Part shown: piece by piece, positions 50,147-59,570 of the stretch
How the letters are laid out: the number at the start of each line of letters is the position of its first letter
How positions within the stretch are numbered: the stretch's first letter is position 1
Assembly (NCBI GenBank): GCA_041395385.1
Contig: JAWLAN010000009.1
Coordinates: forward strand, 110,431 to 174,430
Direction of reading: 5' to 3'
Origin: Gammaproteobacteria bacterium
GTDB taxonomy: Bacteria > Pseudomonadota > Gammaproteobacteria > JAJPIJ01
DNA length: 64,000 nucleotides
Position numbers and translations under genes: made by a program
The notes under the pieces: generated by a model
Told to the model about the DNA's origin: nothing
Database searches by the model: none
The model's input: only the letters and a program-made list of their open reading frames with translations

Positions 50147-50950
50147 TTAGCCGGCCGTCGCCGTGATCATCAGTACCGGCATGAGAAACTCGACCGAGCC
50201 GCCGGCAACGAGGAACGGCTGGAATTCGCGTTCGGCCTCCTGCGTCAGGCGCGCGAACTGCTCGTCATCGAGTATGCCGCCCAGGGTCCACACGCAGGCA
50301 CGCTCGGTGGAGATCATGGAGGCGATCGAGGCGAAACGGACCGTGCCGTCGTGCCGCGTCACCATCGCCCCGGCGATGCCCGCCTGCTCGCACAGCGCCA
50401 GCAGGCGTTGGGTGTTGCCGAGCACGAAGGGCGCGTGGAAGGCGTCGGCGACGCGCTGGCCGAACAGCCGCAGCAGCAGCGCCGAGAGCGCCGCATAGCC
50501 GGGCGAGCGCTCCACGGCATCGCACACGGCCACGGCCACCCGGCCGCGCGGCCGCAGCACGCGCATCATCTCGCGCAGCGCCGCGACGCGGTCCTCGAAG
50601 AACATGAGTCCGAACTGGCTCACCACCGCGTCGAAGCTTTCCTCCGGGAAGGGCAGCGACTCGGCACGGCCCTCGCGCCACTCGACGCGATCGCTCTTGG
50701 GCCGCGCCACCGCGAGCATCTCGGCATTCGCATCCAGGCCCACCACGGACCCGCGCGGACCGGCGCGCTCCGCCGCGGCGCAGGCCAGCACGCCGGTGCC
50801 GCAGGCGACGTCGAGCACGCGCTGGCCGGGCTCGATGCGTGCCGCCTCGGCGACCCGGTCGCCCCACTGGTGGAACAGCGCCGGGACGAAGAGCTCTTCG
50901 TAGACCTCGGCCGGGGAGCGCGAGGACAGCCTGGGTTGGCTCTCTTTCAT
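50147..50950 (-). CDS. class I SAM-dependent methyltransferase (UbiE/COQ5-like)
   Basis: Motif I VLDVACGTGVLA and post-I acidic residue. Confidence 0.7.
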   Translation of the reverse strand: MKESQPRLSSRSPAEVYEELFVPALFHQWGDRVAEAARIEPGQRVLDVACGTGVLACAAAERAGPRGSVVGLDANAEMLAVARPKSDRVEWREGRAESLPFPEESFDAVVSQFGLMFFEDRVAALREMMRVLRPRGRVAVAVCDAVERSPGYAALSALLLRLFGQRVADAFHAPFVLGNTQRLLALCEQAGIAGAMVTRHDGTVRFASIASMISTERACVWTLGGILDDEQFARLTQEAEREFQPFLVAGGSVEFLMPVLMITATAG

Positions 50951-51112
50951 GCGATCCCTCCTTTCGGGCGTCCACCGCGGGACGGCCGCGCGCGCAGGGG
51001 CGCGGCGTGCCGCGGGCTGTGCGCCTGTGGAGGTTAAAGCACAGATCCGCCGTCGCGGCCAGGTGGCGGGCGAGTGGCGAGCGCGCCGCCGCGGACTCCC
51101 GTGCGCCGAGGC

Positions 51113-51733
51113 CTACGCCACGGACTTGCGCAGATGGCAGTACACGAACCGCTGCACGGCGCCCGTGGGCGTGACGTGCTCTTCCCTTTCGCAACGATGC
51201 AGCGAGAAGGCCTCGCCGAACTCGGCGTGCAGCTCCTCGGGGCTGTAGCGCACGACCGGCAGACCGCTGCACTTCGTCGGGCCATCCTCGGCAAAGGTGG
51301 CGATGATCACGTGTCCGCCCGGCCTCACGGCGTGCAGGATCGCGCTGATGTAGGTCATGCGATCCTCGGACACCGTGAGGAAGTGAAACACCGCCCGGTC
51401 GTGCCACACGTCGATGCAACGGCGGGGGAGGTTGATCGCCGTGATGTCGGCCTCGATCCAGCGGACCTCCAGCGCGCGCTCGCCGAGCCTGGCCTTGGCG
51501 GCCGCGATCGCCGCGCCGGAGATGTCGAGCACGGTGACATCCGTGTACCCCTCCGCCAGCAGATCCTCGGCGAGCGTGGAGGCCCCGCCGCCCACGTCGA
51601 TGATCGATGCGTTCCTGCCTACGCCGGTGGCGCGGATCAGGCTCAGCGAACGATCCGCGTGCGCCTGGTACCAGCTCACCGCGTTCGCGGCCCGGCTGGC
51701 GTAGACCTGCTCCCAATGCTCTTTCGGTCGCAT
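51113..51733 (-). CDS. class I SAM-dependent methyltransferase
   Basis: Start MRPKEHWEQVY. Motif I IIDVGGGASTLAEDL. Confidence 0.7.
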   Translation of the reverse strand: MRPKEHWEQVYASRAANAVSWYQAHADRSLSLIRATGVGRNASIIDVGGGASTLAEDLLAEGYTDVTVLDISGAAIAAAKARLGERALEVRWIEADITAINLPRRCIDVWHDRAVFHFLTVSEDRMTYISAILHAVRPGGHVIIATFAEDGPTKCSGLPVVRYSPEELHAEFGEAFSLHRCEREEHVTPTGAVQRFVYCHLRKSVA

Positions 51734-51754
51734 GATGGCGCCTCGCACGGGCCA

Positions 51755-52216
51755 TCATACGCCGGCGATCCCACGGGCGTGAACGGCGCGCGCGGCCAGC
51801 AGCGCCACGGTCATCGCCAGCACCCAGATGGTGAAGGCCGCGAGCGGGTGATTGCCCACCGCGACCAGGCTCATGAGGAACGGCAGGAGGAACAACTCGC
51901 CCGCGTGGCGCGCGTCGCCCGTGCCGTGCAGGTAGGCGGTCGAGGCCGCCGCCACAATCAACGGCAGGACGAGACCGGCGAGGAAGAGCGCCAGCCGATC
52001 GGTGAAGCCGATGAACAGGACCCAGCAGTTGACGAGCATGGTCACCGGCACGATGACCACCGAGGCGGCCACCAGGGCGAGCGGCGCCCATTCCCTCCCG
52101 CGTCCCGTGACGACCACCAGGTAGACGATGAACGCCGCCAGCAGCACGATCGGCAGCGCATTGCCCAGCCAGAATTTCCTCGCGACCGTGGCGCGTGCGT
52201 CCATGCCGCCCATCAT
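51755..52216 (-). CDS. hypothetical membrane protein (4 TM)
   Basis: Hydrophobic ORF MMGGMDARATVARKFWLGNALPIVLLAAFIV... inside longer track ORF 51755..52435. Start uncertain. Confidence 0.4.
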   Translation of the reverse strand: MMGGMDARATVARKFWLGNALPIVLLAAFIVYLVVVTGRGREWAPLALVAASVVIVPVTMLVNCWVLFIGFTDRLALFLAGLVLPLIVAAASTAYLHGTGDARHAGELFLLPFLMSLVAVGNHPLAAFTIWVLAMTVALLAARAVHARGIAGV

Positions 52217-52307
52217 CCGGCGGCGGCCCCGTGCGAGGCAAGCGGGGCCGGGCCCGCGCCGTGCAGGCGTTCCTCCTGGTAAGTCTGTGCGGTCGGGTGA
52301 TTGCCCC

Positions 52308-52961
52308 TCAGTCGCGATCCGGCGCGCCGAGCGGGAAGTAATGGCGATACGGCCGCGCCTCGTCCACGGCGCGCGCGAAGGACGGCCGCGCCAGCAGCCG
52401 CTGCCGGTAGGCGCGGACGTTCGCGTGCGCCTCACCGATGGGGTGCACCCAGTCGGCGTAGAAGAGCGACGGCGCGGCGGCGCAGTCCGCGAGGCTGAAA
52501 TCGCCGCCCGCCGCCCACGCGCGCCCGTTCATGGTCTTCTCCAGCCAGCCGTAGGCGGTGTCGAGCATCGTGTGCGCGTCGGCCACGCCCGCCGGATCGC
52601 GGCTGTCCTCGGGGCGCAGCCTGTCGAAGACGATCTTCTGCATCGGCGTCATCACGTAGTTGTCGAAGAAGCGGTCCATGAACCGCACCTCGAGCGCCGC
52701 GCGCGGGTCCCCGGGGACGAGGCGCACGGGGCCGGGGTGATGCAGCCCCAGGTACTCGATGATGATGGTCGCCTCCGGCAGGGTGCGGTCGCCGTCCACC
52801 AGCACCGGCATCTTCTTGATGGGCCACAGCGCCGCGTGCTCGGCCGCGATCTGCGCATCGCCCACCGCGAGCAGGCGGTATTCGAACGGCGTGCCGTTCT
52901 CGTAGAACGCGATCAGCACCTTCTGGCAGTAGGAGGAAAAGGGGTGGGCGTAGAGCTTCAT
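52308..52961 (-). CDS. glutathione S-transferase
   Basis: MKLYAHPFSSYCQKVLIAFYENG (thioredoxin-like N-domain) and a C-terminal GST domain; 217 aa. Confidence 0.8.
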   Translation of the reverse strand: MKLYAHPFSSYCQKVLIAFYENGTPFEYRLLAVGDAQIAAEHAALWPIKKMPVLVDGDRTLPEATIIIEYLGLHHPGPVRLVPGDPRAALEVRFMDRFFDNYVMTPMQKIVFDRLRPEDSRDPAGVADAHTMLDTAYGWLEKTMNGRAWAAGGDFSLADCAAAPSLFYADWVHPIGEAHANVRAYRQRLLARPSFARAVDEARPYRHYFPLGAPDRD

Positions 52962-53018
52962 CGGTGTCTCCCGTGGTGGGGTGCTTGGTGTGTTCTTGTC
53001 AGGCGCGCCGCAGCGGTC

Positions 53019-53058
53019 TGCGGCCGTCCTCGATCTCTACGACGAACGAGGACGGCCG
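53019..53058. promoter_or_regulatory. perfect 13-bp inverted repeat (stem-loop) between GST gene start and DinB gene end
   Basis: gcggccgtcctcg-N14-cgaggacggccgc, with no adjacent U-tract. Confidence 0.35.
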
Positions 53059-53150
53059 CGATCGACATCGACGGGCCGCGCGGCGGGCGCCATGCGGCCG
53101 GCGCGGGCGCAGCCGCCCGTGTTTTCAGGCGGTTGCGCCCGCGAGCCGCT

Positions 53151-53663
53151 TCAGGTTTCGTTGCGCGCCCGCACCTGCGGCAGCCAGATGAGGTCCGTGA
53201 CCCCGTAGTCCTTGCCGCACTGGCTCAGCAGGGCCGTGACCTGACCGCGGTGGTGCGTCTGGTGGTTGAAGAACTGCGCCACGGCCACCCACATCTCGTA
53301 CGTGCGCGGCGCGGGATTGACGATGGTGGTGAACCGAAGCTGCCCGGCGAGCGCCTCGTCGGTGAGCGAGGTCGCCCAGCCGACGATGTCCCCGTCGGTG
53401 CGCTCGCGCTCGCGGCGCAGCTCATCGAAGTCGGCGTACAGCTCCTCATCGAGGCCCCTGGGCCTGAACTGAGTGCCCTGGAAGCGCGACAGCCACACCC
53501 GGTCGCCCACCAGCAGGTGATTGAGCGTGCCGTGGATGGACTTGAAGAACACGCCGCGGTCCTGGCGGCGCTCCGCGTCGCTGAGCTCGGCGCACACGGC
53601 GTACAGCCGCTGGTTCATCCACTGGTTGTAGGTTGCCAGGTCCCGCGCCAGGTTGGCGTGCAT
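53151..53663 (-). CDS. DinB/YfiT-family damage-inducible protein
   Basis: Start MHANLARDLATYNQWMNQRL; His triad of the DinB_2 fold. gaggga SD. Start 3 nt after the yciI-like stop. Confidence 0.75.
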   Translation of the reverse strand: MHANLARDLATYNQWMNQRLYAVCAELSDAERRQDRGVFFKSIHGTLNHLLVGDRVWLSRFQGTQFRPRGLDEELYADFDELRRERERTDGDIVGWATSLTDEALAGQLRFTTIVNPAPRTYEMWVAVAQFFNHQTHHRGQVTALLSQCGKDYGVTDLIWLPQVRARNET

Positions 53664-53665
53664 GA

Positions 53666-54055
53666 CTAGTCCCTCGGCGTCTCGTTGGTCACGTTGTAGG
53701 CGCTGGCGCGCTCCAGCTCGACGGGCCGCACCTCGTAATAAAGGCCGCAGGCGAGGCACGGATTCTCCGCCGCGATGCGCGCCGCCTCATCGAGGCTGTC
53801 GGCGAGGATGAACCAGTAGCCGCCGATCACCTCCTTGGACTCGCTGTAGGGGCCGTCGGTTACCACCTCGCGCCGGACGATCCTGCCCTCGGTCGCGAGC
53901 CGCTGCCCGGGCTTCATCCTACCCTCGGCCACGAGCCGATCCTTCCAGACGTAGAACGCGTCGATCGCGGCCTGGATCTCCTCCGGCGAGCGGTCCCTGT
54001 CCCACTGCCCGCGGGAGACGACGAGGTATTCCGACATGGCGGCATTCCTGTTCAT
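53666..54055 (-). CDS. YciI family protein
   Basis: 129 aa with the YciI/DGPF pattern (MSEYLVVSRGQWDRDRSPEEIQAAIDAFYVWKDRL...GGYWFILADSLDEA). Probable true start MSEYLVV at 54037. Confidence 0.7.
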   Translation of the reverse strand: MNRNAAMSEYLVVSRGQWDRDRSPEEIQAAIDAFYVWKDRLVAEGRMKPGQRLATEGRIVRREVVTDGPYSESKEVIGGYWFILADSLDEAARIAAENPCLACGLYYEVRPVELERASAYNVTNETPRD

Positions 54056-54165
54056 GGCGTGCTCCTGGCGCGTCGAGCAGACGCGCCCGTCATGTGCCCC
54101 TCATTTGTCTGTCGCGCTCCGGCGCGCGGCGCGGCCGGTGCAAGGGATCCGTAGCGTTCGCGGGA

Positions 54166-54858
54166 CTATTCTCCCGCGCGTATGAAGCGCAGCGGGTGCG
54201 GCTGGCCCGCCGCGTAGATGTAGAGAAAGGAATCCCTGATCTCGACGCGTTCGGCTTCCTGCAGCGCGCCCAGGTAGTCGCGCTCCTGGCGCATGACCTC
54301 CTCGCCGCAGGACATGCGCGTCGTCGCCAGCGGGCCGAAGGCGATGCGATGCCCCGCGACCGTCGCCCCGCCGCGGAACTGGTTGCAGGAGCCGTTGCCG
54401 ACGACCTGCCCCTGCTCGAGAAACTCCAGGGTGGCCTGCACGTCGTCGATCACGGCGCCACCGGCGAGCTCCTCCAGGCGCCAGGACGTCGACCACAATG
54501 CGGGGACGCCGGCCGCCTCGCCGCTCCGCTGCCTCACTCGCAGTAGTTCGATCATCGGCCCGACCATGCCGATCGACATCATGTCGTCGCGGCGACGCGC
54601 ATCGGCCTCGACCGCCATGCCCTCCTGCCGGAAGGCCTCGGGCAGGTTGGTGGGGTGGTATTGCGTGCCCTCCGCGTCGCGGATCACGAACAGGCCGCCC
54701 TCCACGTCGAGATGATGGACCGTCCCGGCGATACGCTCGACCGATCCGGGTTCCGGAGACGGTGTCTCGAGCTCCACCCAGCGCTCGCCGCCCATGCCGG
54801 CGCATGACGTGACGATGCTCATTGCGGCTGAAACCAGAACGATCCTCCAGGTCACCAT
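54166..54858 (-). CDS. META (HslJ-like) domain-containing lipoprotein
   Basis: Signal/lipobox (IVTSC) and a C-terminal META domain (WRLEELAGG...NQFRGGATVAGHRIAFGPLATTRMSC). Confidence 0.6.
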   Translation of the reverse strand: MVTWRIVLVSAAMSIVTSCAGMGGERWVELETPSPEPGSVERIAGTVHHLDVEGGLFVIRDAEGTQYHPTNLPEAFRQEGMAVEADARRRDDMMSIGMVGPMIELLRVRQRSGEAAGVPALWSTSWRLEELAGGAVIDDVQATLEFLEQGQVVGNGSCNQFRGGATVAGHRIAFGPLATTRMSCGEEVMRQERDYLGALQEAERVEIRDSFLYIYAAGQPHPLRFIRAGE

Positions 54859-54873
54859 CCGCCCCTCCGAAGG

Positions 54874-55332
54874 TCAGGCCTCTCCGCGCCCGTGCCGGGC
54901 GGCGAGTATGGCAAGCGTAGCGGGATCGGGCTTGCCCGCAAAGTACTTGTTCAACGCCTCGGCGAACACCTTTTCCGAGTCGGCGACCTCGGCGAAGAGG
55001 GTGCAGCAGGACCGGAACTTGGCCGCGTCGACCGAGCCGAAGATCTCCACGGCGCCGAGGCCATCGTGCGCGTTCACCGCCGCCACGCACTCGCGCAGGC
55101 GGGCGCCGAGGACCGGATGCCCGAGATACGCGCGCGCCTCGGCGGGCGAGCCGATGGCGTAGCGCCTGGACATCGCGCTGGTGCCCAGCCCCTCGATCTG
55201 CGGCAGGACGTACCAGATCCAGTGCGTGCGCTTCCGGCCCGCGCGCAGCTCGGCGAGGGCTTGCGGGTAGCTCGTCTCCTGAGCCGTTACGAAGCGATCA
55301 AGGTCGTAGGGATCCGATCGTGTCGTCGGCAT
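54874..55332 (-). CDS. DUF1810 family protein
   Basis: 152 aa with the DUF1810 pattern (PYDLDRFVTAQETSYPQALAELRAGRKRTHWIWYVLPQ). Confidence 0.65.
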   Translation of the reverse strand: MPTTRSDPYDLDRFVTAQETSYPQALAELRAGRKRTHWIWYVLPQIEGLGTSAMSRRYAIGSPAEARAYLGHPVLGARLRECVAAVNAHDGLGAVEIFGSVDAAKFRSCCTLFAEVADSEKVFAEALNKYFAGKPDPATLAILAARHGRGEA

Positions 55333-55460
55333 GTAACCGTTACGGCGGTTCGTGACGGAGAGTGAGATCCGATATCAGCAGGCGGCTCCTGCCGGAGACC
55401 TAACGACTGAGGTGTGCGGCGCGAGCCGCGTAGCGGCGAGGCGTCCGCACGGGCGATGTG

Positions 55461-55700
55461 TTACGCGACGTTCTGAAGCCTGTTGGCATAGTCGCGGCCC
55501 GATGTGGCGGGAGGCAATGGTTTCCCATCGGCCCGGTAAAGCTCAATCGCCTCTTCGACAATCTGGCACAGCTCGTCAAAGACCGCCTTCTCGTCTTGCC
55601 CATGACACCCGGCATAGATCAGCCCCGGGGCGCTCCCGACATAACATTGGTCCTCCTCGGACCACTCGACGATCTTTACGTACCTCGCACTGTCTTTCAT
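55461..55700 (-). CDS. hicB: HicB-family antitoxin (UPF0150/HicB N-terminal domain)
   Basis: 79 aa, MKDSARYVKIVEWSEEDQCYVGSAPGLIYAGCHGQDEKAVFDELCQIVEEAIELY, matching the HicB N-domain fold. ATG overlaps the upstream hicA remnant stop (ATGA). Confidence 0.6.
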   Translation of the reverse strand: MKDSARYVKIVEWSEEDQCYVGSAPGLIYAGCHGQDEKAVFDELCQIVEEAIELYRADGKPLPPATSGRDYANRLQNVA

Positions 55701-55892
55701 TTCTTCGATTCCTCAATCGCCAGATGCACGGCTCGGACTTGGTAATGCCGGGCATCCTCGCCCAGACTTCCTGAAATTGTAACCGGTTCCGCGACCTTCG
55801 GATGCACGAAGTTCCTGTGACTCCCTTTTCCTCCCCGGTCCACTTAGCCGGCGCGCTTCAGTTCAGCGATCAAACTCTGATCTTGCGCGCAT
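55697..55892 (-). pseudogene. hicA: hicA toxin gene remnant (frameshift + in-frame stop)
   Basis: Three-frame reconstruction: MRARSEFD (frame 1) / IAELKRAG* (frame 3, TAA where HicA has Trp) / VDRGGKGSHRNFVHPKVAEPVTISGSLGEDARHYQVRAVHLAIEESKK, which carries the HicA KGSHxxFxHP signature. Confidence 0.5.
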
Positions 55893-56104
55893 TTGTGCTC
55901 CCTGTCATTCAAATCGAATAACGTTGAGCATGACCGGCGCCCAAATAGCGGACGAAGGCCGCTGTTTAGGCGTCCGTGTCGATGCGCGTGTTAGAGCGCA
56001 CAAGCCTGTAAATTGACCGTAAATAGGTAGTGGCGACGGCGTTTGGGCCCGGGCCCTCACCGGCGCTGGTGCCTCCACGAAAAAGAATGCAGCAGCTTCT
56101 GATG

Positions 56105-57112
56105 TCAGATGCCCGAGGGCGGCATGGTGACGACGATCTTGCCCTTCGCGCGCCCCTGTTCCACATATGCCATCGCATCGAGCGTCTCGTCGAATGGGAA
56201 CGTGCGGTCGAGCACCGGACGCAGGGTGCCCGCATCATAGAGAGCGGCTAACGTCTTCAGTTGCGCGCCATCGGCCCGCATGAAGAAGAACGAGTAGCGC
56301 ACGCCTAGCTTCCTTGCCCGCGCCCGCACCTTGCGGCTCATCAGTGCCAACACAGGCCTCAGTAGTGGCCGGCCGACCTGCTCGGCGAACGCAGCGTCCG
56401 GTGGGCCGACGACGCTGATCGCCAGGCCACCAGGTTTGAGCACGGTCAGCGACTTCGCGAGGTTGTCGCCACCAAGGGAGTCGAGCACGACGTCGTAGCC
56501 GGAGAGCAACTCGGCGAAGTCTGCCTTGGTGTAGTCGATGACTTCGTTCGCGCCGAGGCCGCGCACCTTCTCCTCGTCGTTGCCGTGCGCAGTGGTGGCG
56601 ACGTATGCGCCCAGGTGCTTGGCGAGCTGGACGACTGTCGAGCCCAGTCCGCCCGCGCCAGCGTGAACGAGGACCTTCTGCCCCGGCTTGACCCGCGCGA
56701 GGTTGACCAGCGCCTGCCACGCGGCAAGCGCGACCAGCGGGACCGCCGCAGATTCTTCCATCGTGAGTGAGTTCGGCTTGAGGGCGATGTCCGCATAGTC
56801 GATGGCGATGTACTCCGCGAAGGCCCCGATACGCAGGTCGCGGGGTCGGGCGTAGATCTCGTCGCCGACTTTGTAGTCCCGCACCTCGGCGCCGACCCGC
56901 GTCACTACGCCCGCGACGTCGTGTCCGAGCACGAACGGCGTTTTGTACTTCAGGAGCAGCTTGAACTCGCCGTTGCGGACCATCTTGTCCAGCGGGTTGA
57001 TGCTGGCAGCACCCACCCGGACCAGAACGTCACGCGGCCCGATGGTGGGATCTGGCACTTGGGCAGCGCGGAGGCCGCTCTTGCCATAATTCTCGACGAC
57101 GAATGCCTTCAT
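56105..57112 (-). CDS. NADPH:quinone oxidoreductase / zinc-binding MDR family protein (Qor-like)
   Basis: 335 aa; GHDVAGVV and the NAD(P)-binding motif HAGAGGLGSTVVQLAK. Confidence 0.8.
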   Translation of the reverse strand: MKAFVVENYGKSGLRAAQVPDPTIGPRDVLVRVGAASINPLDKMVRNGEFKLLLKYKTPFVLGHDVAGVVTRVGAEVRDYKVGDEIYARPRDLRIGAFAEYIAIDYADIALKPNSLTMEESAAVPLVALAAWQALVNLARVKPGQKVLVHAGAGGLGSTVVQLAKHLGAYVATTAHGNDEEKVRGLGANEVIDYTKADFAELLSGYDVVLDSLGGDNLAKSLTVLKPGGLAISVVGPPDAAFAEQVGRPLLRPVLALMSRKVRARARKLGVRYSFFFMRADGAQLKTLAALYDAGTLRPVLDRTFPFDETLDAMAYVEQGRAKGKIVVTMPPSGI

Positions 57113-57201
57113 AACAGACCGCCTGTTGTGCGACGATTTCTGGGCTCTTGGTGGTGGTCGATGGTACGCTGCCGTTATCCCGTCATATGCGCTCTAACGT
57201 C

Positions 57202-57861
57202 CTAGCTAACCGGCGTGCCCAGCTGTTCGGGCACGTCCGGTTGAGCGCCTTGTTGGGCATTGAAGTTCATCGTTATGCGCGGCATTTTCACAGTGCTAAA
57301 GCATATCCGCGCATCGGCCTCTCGCCCCCACCACTCATCGATAGTGAATTGCATGGAGCCGCACGACAGCCAGTAGTGCCCATTGTTGATTCGTTGGCCG
57401 GCGTTGGCCTCTGAGAACACCACGGCCGCAAGCAGCGCAAAATTGATGGTGTCTGGAATGATCATTTCCTGCTGGCCGATGGTTATGGATCGGTGCTCGT
57501 TGCTCTGCCTCAGAACAACACCGAATCCTTTCGGAATATCGGTGCCATGAACGAGGTTGCACCGAAAGATTTCGTATACAACTTCCGAAAATAAAGATGG
57601 CCGATTCTTCAGCGCGATCCACGTGAACTTTGTTTCTTCCAAATTGATGCCAATTGCCAGCATGGGTTCGATAACCCACAGATAGCGATTGAAGGTATCA
57701 ACGAACCGGTCACGCACTCCTTTTTGTGGAAAGAGTAGCGCGCCAGTGCCGTCGAGTGCGGCGCACGCATGCATCAAGGCGGAGCCTAGCTTCCCATTTC
57801 CTGCATCATCGAGCGCGTAGGCGACTCGCTGCGCCATGTTCATCATAATGATGCCCAACAT
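57202..57861 (-). CDS. hypothetical protein in low-GC island (no recognisable family)
   Basis: ORF of 219-254 aa in the only roughly 50% GC segment of the window (about 57.2-58.0 kb). Start uncertain (Met at 57861/57846/57837; AT-rich promoter-like sequence at 57930-57990). Confidence 0.45.
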   Translation of the reverse strand: MLGIIMMNMAQRVAYALDDAGNGKLGSALMHACAALDGTGALLFPQKGVRDRFVDTFNRYLWVIEPMLAIGINLEETKFTWIALKNRPSLFSEVVYEIFRCNLVHGTDIPKGFGVVLRQSNEHRSITIGQQEMIIPDTINFALLAAVVFSEANAGQRINNGHYWLSCGSMQFTIDEWWGREADARICFSTVKMPRITMNFNAQQGAQPDVPEQLGTPVS

Positions 57862-58466
57862 TGAATTAGACAGTCGGCAGGAATAAATGAGATGGACAGA
57901 GTCCGTATAGTTCTTGTCATGGCGCGGTCTCGAAATCGTATATAACCGCCTATTTGTACAAGGCAACAGCCACGCAGATGCTTTTCAATTCCGACGGGAA
58001 ATGCAGCCGGTCCCGGCGTGAAGAGTCGAGCGACAGGAAGCTCAGGGCACACGACCACCGATCCTGCCGTCTTGGGCTTGCGCAATTGCACTGCGCAATG
58101 TCCGCTACAGGGGAATACGAACTGTCTCCTTCTGGCCGATTGGTCCGGCCCCTGCACACGGCCGTGCTGCGGTGTTGCGCCATGAGGCGGCGGGTGCCCG
58201 AGAGGGAAGCACTGAGAATGGAGGGCACAACCATCCGCATGACTCCTTGTCGGGGCGGCGCACGCGGCGCCGCGGTTGCTGCTAAAGCATAGCAGCCGGA
58301 TTTGGATTGGGGGAAGCGAATAGGGGGAATGGAAGTCGGGGTTGGCTTGGCGGCGCGGTGGAATCCCCTTGGCCCGCTCATTTAAAAGGTGGGAGCAACG
58401 CGATCTTCAAGGGGGAACCGGATGGGAGGCGGCGGAAGACGCGCGGCGAACTGGTAGAATGCCGCC

Positions 58467-59570
58467 ATGTCTGGGAATACCTTCGGAAAGTTGTTCACGG
58501 TGACCTCGGCCGGCGAGAGCCACGGGCCGTCCTACGTCGGCATCGTCGACGGCTGCCCGCCGGGCATGGCGCTGAGCGAGGAGGATCTGCAGCACGACCT
58601 CGACCGGCGCAAGCCGGGCACCTCGCGGCACACCACGCAGCGGCGCGAGGAGGACCGGGTGCGCATCCTCTCCGGGGTCTTCGAGGGCCACACCACCGGC
58701 ACGCCCATCGGGCTCCTCATCGAGAACCAGGACCAGCGCTCCAAGGACTACGGCAACATCCTTGATCGCTTCCGCCCCGGCCACGCCGACTACACCTACA
58801 ACCAGAAGTACGGCCTGCGCGACTATCGCGGCGGCGGGCGCGCCTCGGCGCGCGAGACCTGCAACCGCGTGGCGGCCGCGGGCCTCGCCCAGAAGTACCT
58901 GCGCGAGCGCTACGGCGTGCGCATCCGCGGCTATCTCGCCCAGCTCGGGCCGCTGGCCCTGGGATGCAACGATCTGGAGGCGGCGGATCACAACCCGTTC
59001 TTCTGCGCCGAGCCGGATCGGGTGCCGGAGCTCGAGGCCTACATGGACGCGCTGCGCAAGGAGGGCAACTCCATCGGCGCGCGCATCAACGTGATCGCCG
59101 CCGGCGCGCCGGCCGGGTGGGGCGAGCCCATCTTCGATCGCCTCGATGCGGACATCGCGCACGCGATGATGGGCATCAATGCCGTCAAGGGGGTCGAGAT
59201 CGGCGCCGGCTTCGCGAGCGTCGCGCAGAAGGGCACCGAGCACCGTGACGAGATGACGCCGCAGGGATTCCTCAGCAACCACGCCGGCGGCGTGCTGGGC
59301 GGGATCTCCACCGGCCAGGACATCCTGGTCAGCATCGCGCTGAAGCCCACCTCCAGCATCCGCCTGCCGGGCCACACCATCGACGTCGAGGGCAAGGCCA
59401 CCGAGGTCGCCACCCACGGCCGCCACGACCCGTGCGTCGGCATCCGCGCCACACCGATCGCCGAGGCAATGCTGGCGCTGGTGCTCATGGATCACGCCCT
59501 GCGCCACCGCGCGCAGAACTGCGACGTCACCCCCTCCACACCGGCGATCCCCGCCTCGCCCGAGCGATGA
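58467..59570 (+). CDS. aroC: chorismate synthase
   Basis: [33 protein letters not shown]... canonical AroC; 367 aa. Confidence 0.9.
   Translation: MSGNTFGKLFTVTSAGESHGPSYVGIVDGCPPGMALSEEDLQHDLDRRKPGTSRHTTQRREEDRVRILSGVFEGHTTGTPIGLLIENQDQRSKDYGNILDRFRPGHADYTYNQKYGLRDYRGGGRASARETCNRVAAAGLAQKYLRERYGVRIRGYLAQLGPLALGCNDLEAADHNPFFCAEPDRVPELEAYMDALRKEGNSIGARINVIAAGAPAGWGEPIFDRLDADIAHAMMGINAVKGVEIGAGFASVAQKGTEHRDEMTPQGFLSNHAGGVLGGISTGQDILVSIALKPTSSIRLPGHTIDVEGKATEVATHGRHDPCVGIRATPIAEAMLALVLMDHALRHRAQNCDVTPSTPAIPASPER

Noticed and set aside
55580-55755. 59-codon - strand frame MPGITKSEPCIWRLRNRRNERQ... overlapping the hicA/hicB junction
   Set aside because: Alternate frame across the hicA remnant and hicB with no family resemblance. 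The HicA signature lies in a different frame.
58020-58300. Checked the island boundary upstream of aroC for a tRNA/tmRNA fragment as an integration target
   Set aside because: No cloverleaf-compatible acceptor/T-arm pairing could be folded by eye from ggcggcgggtgcccgagagg.... No integrase gene is present.
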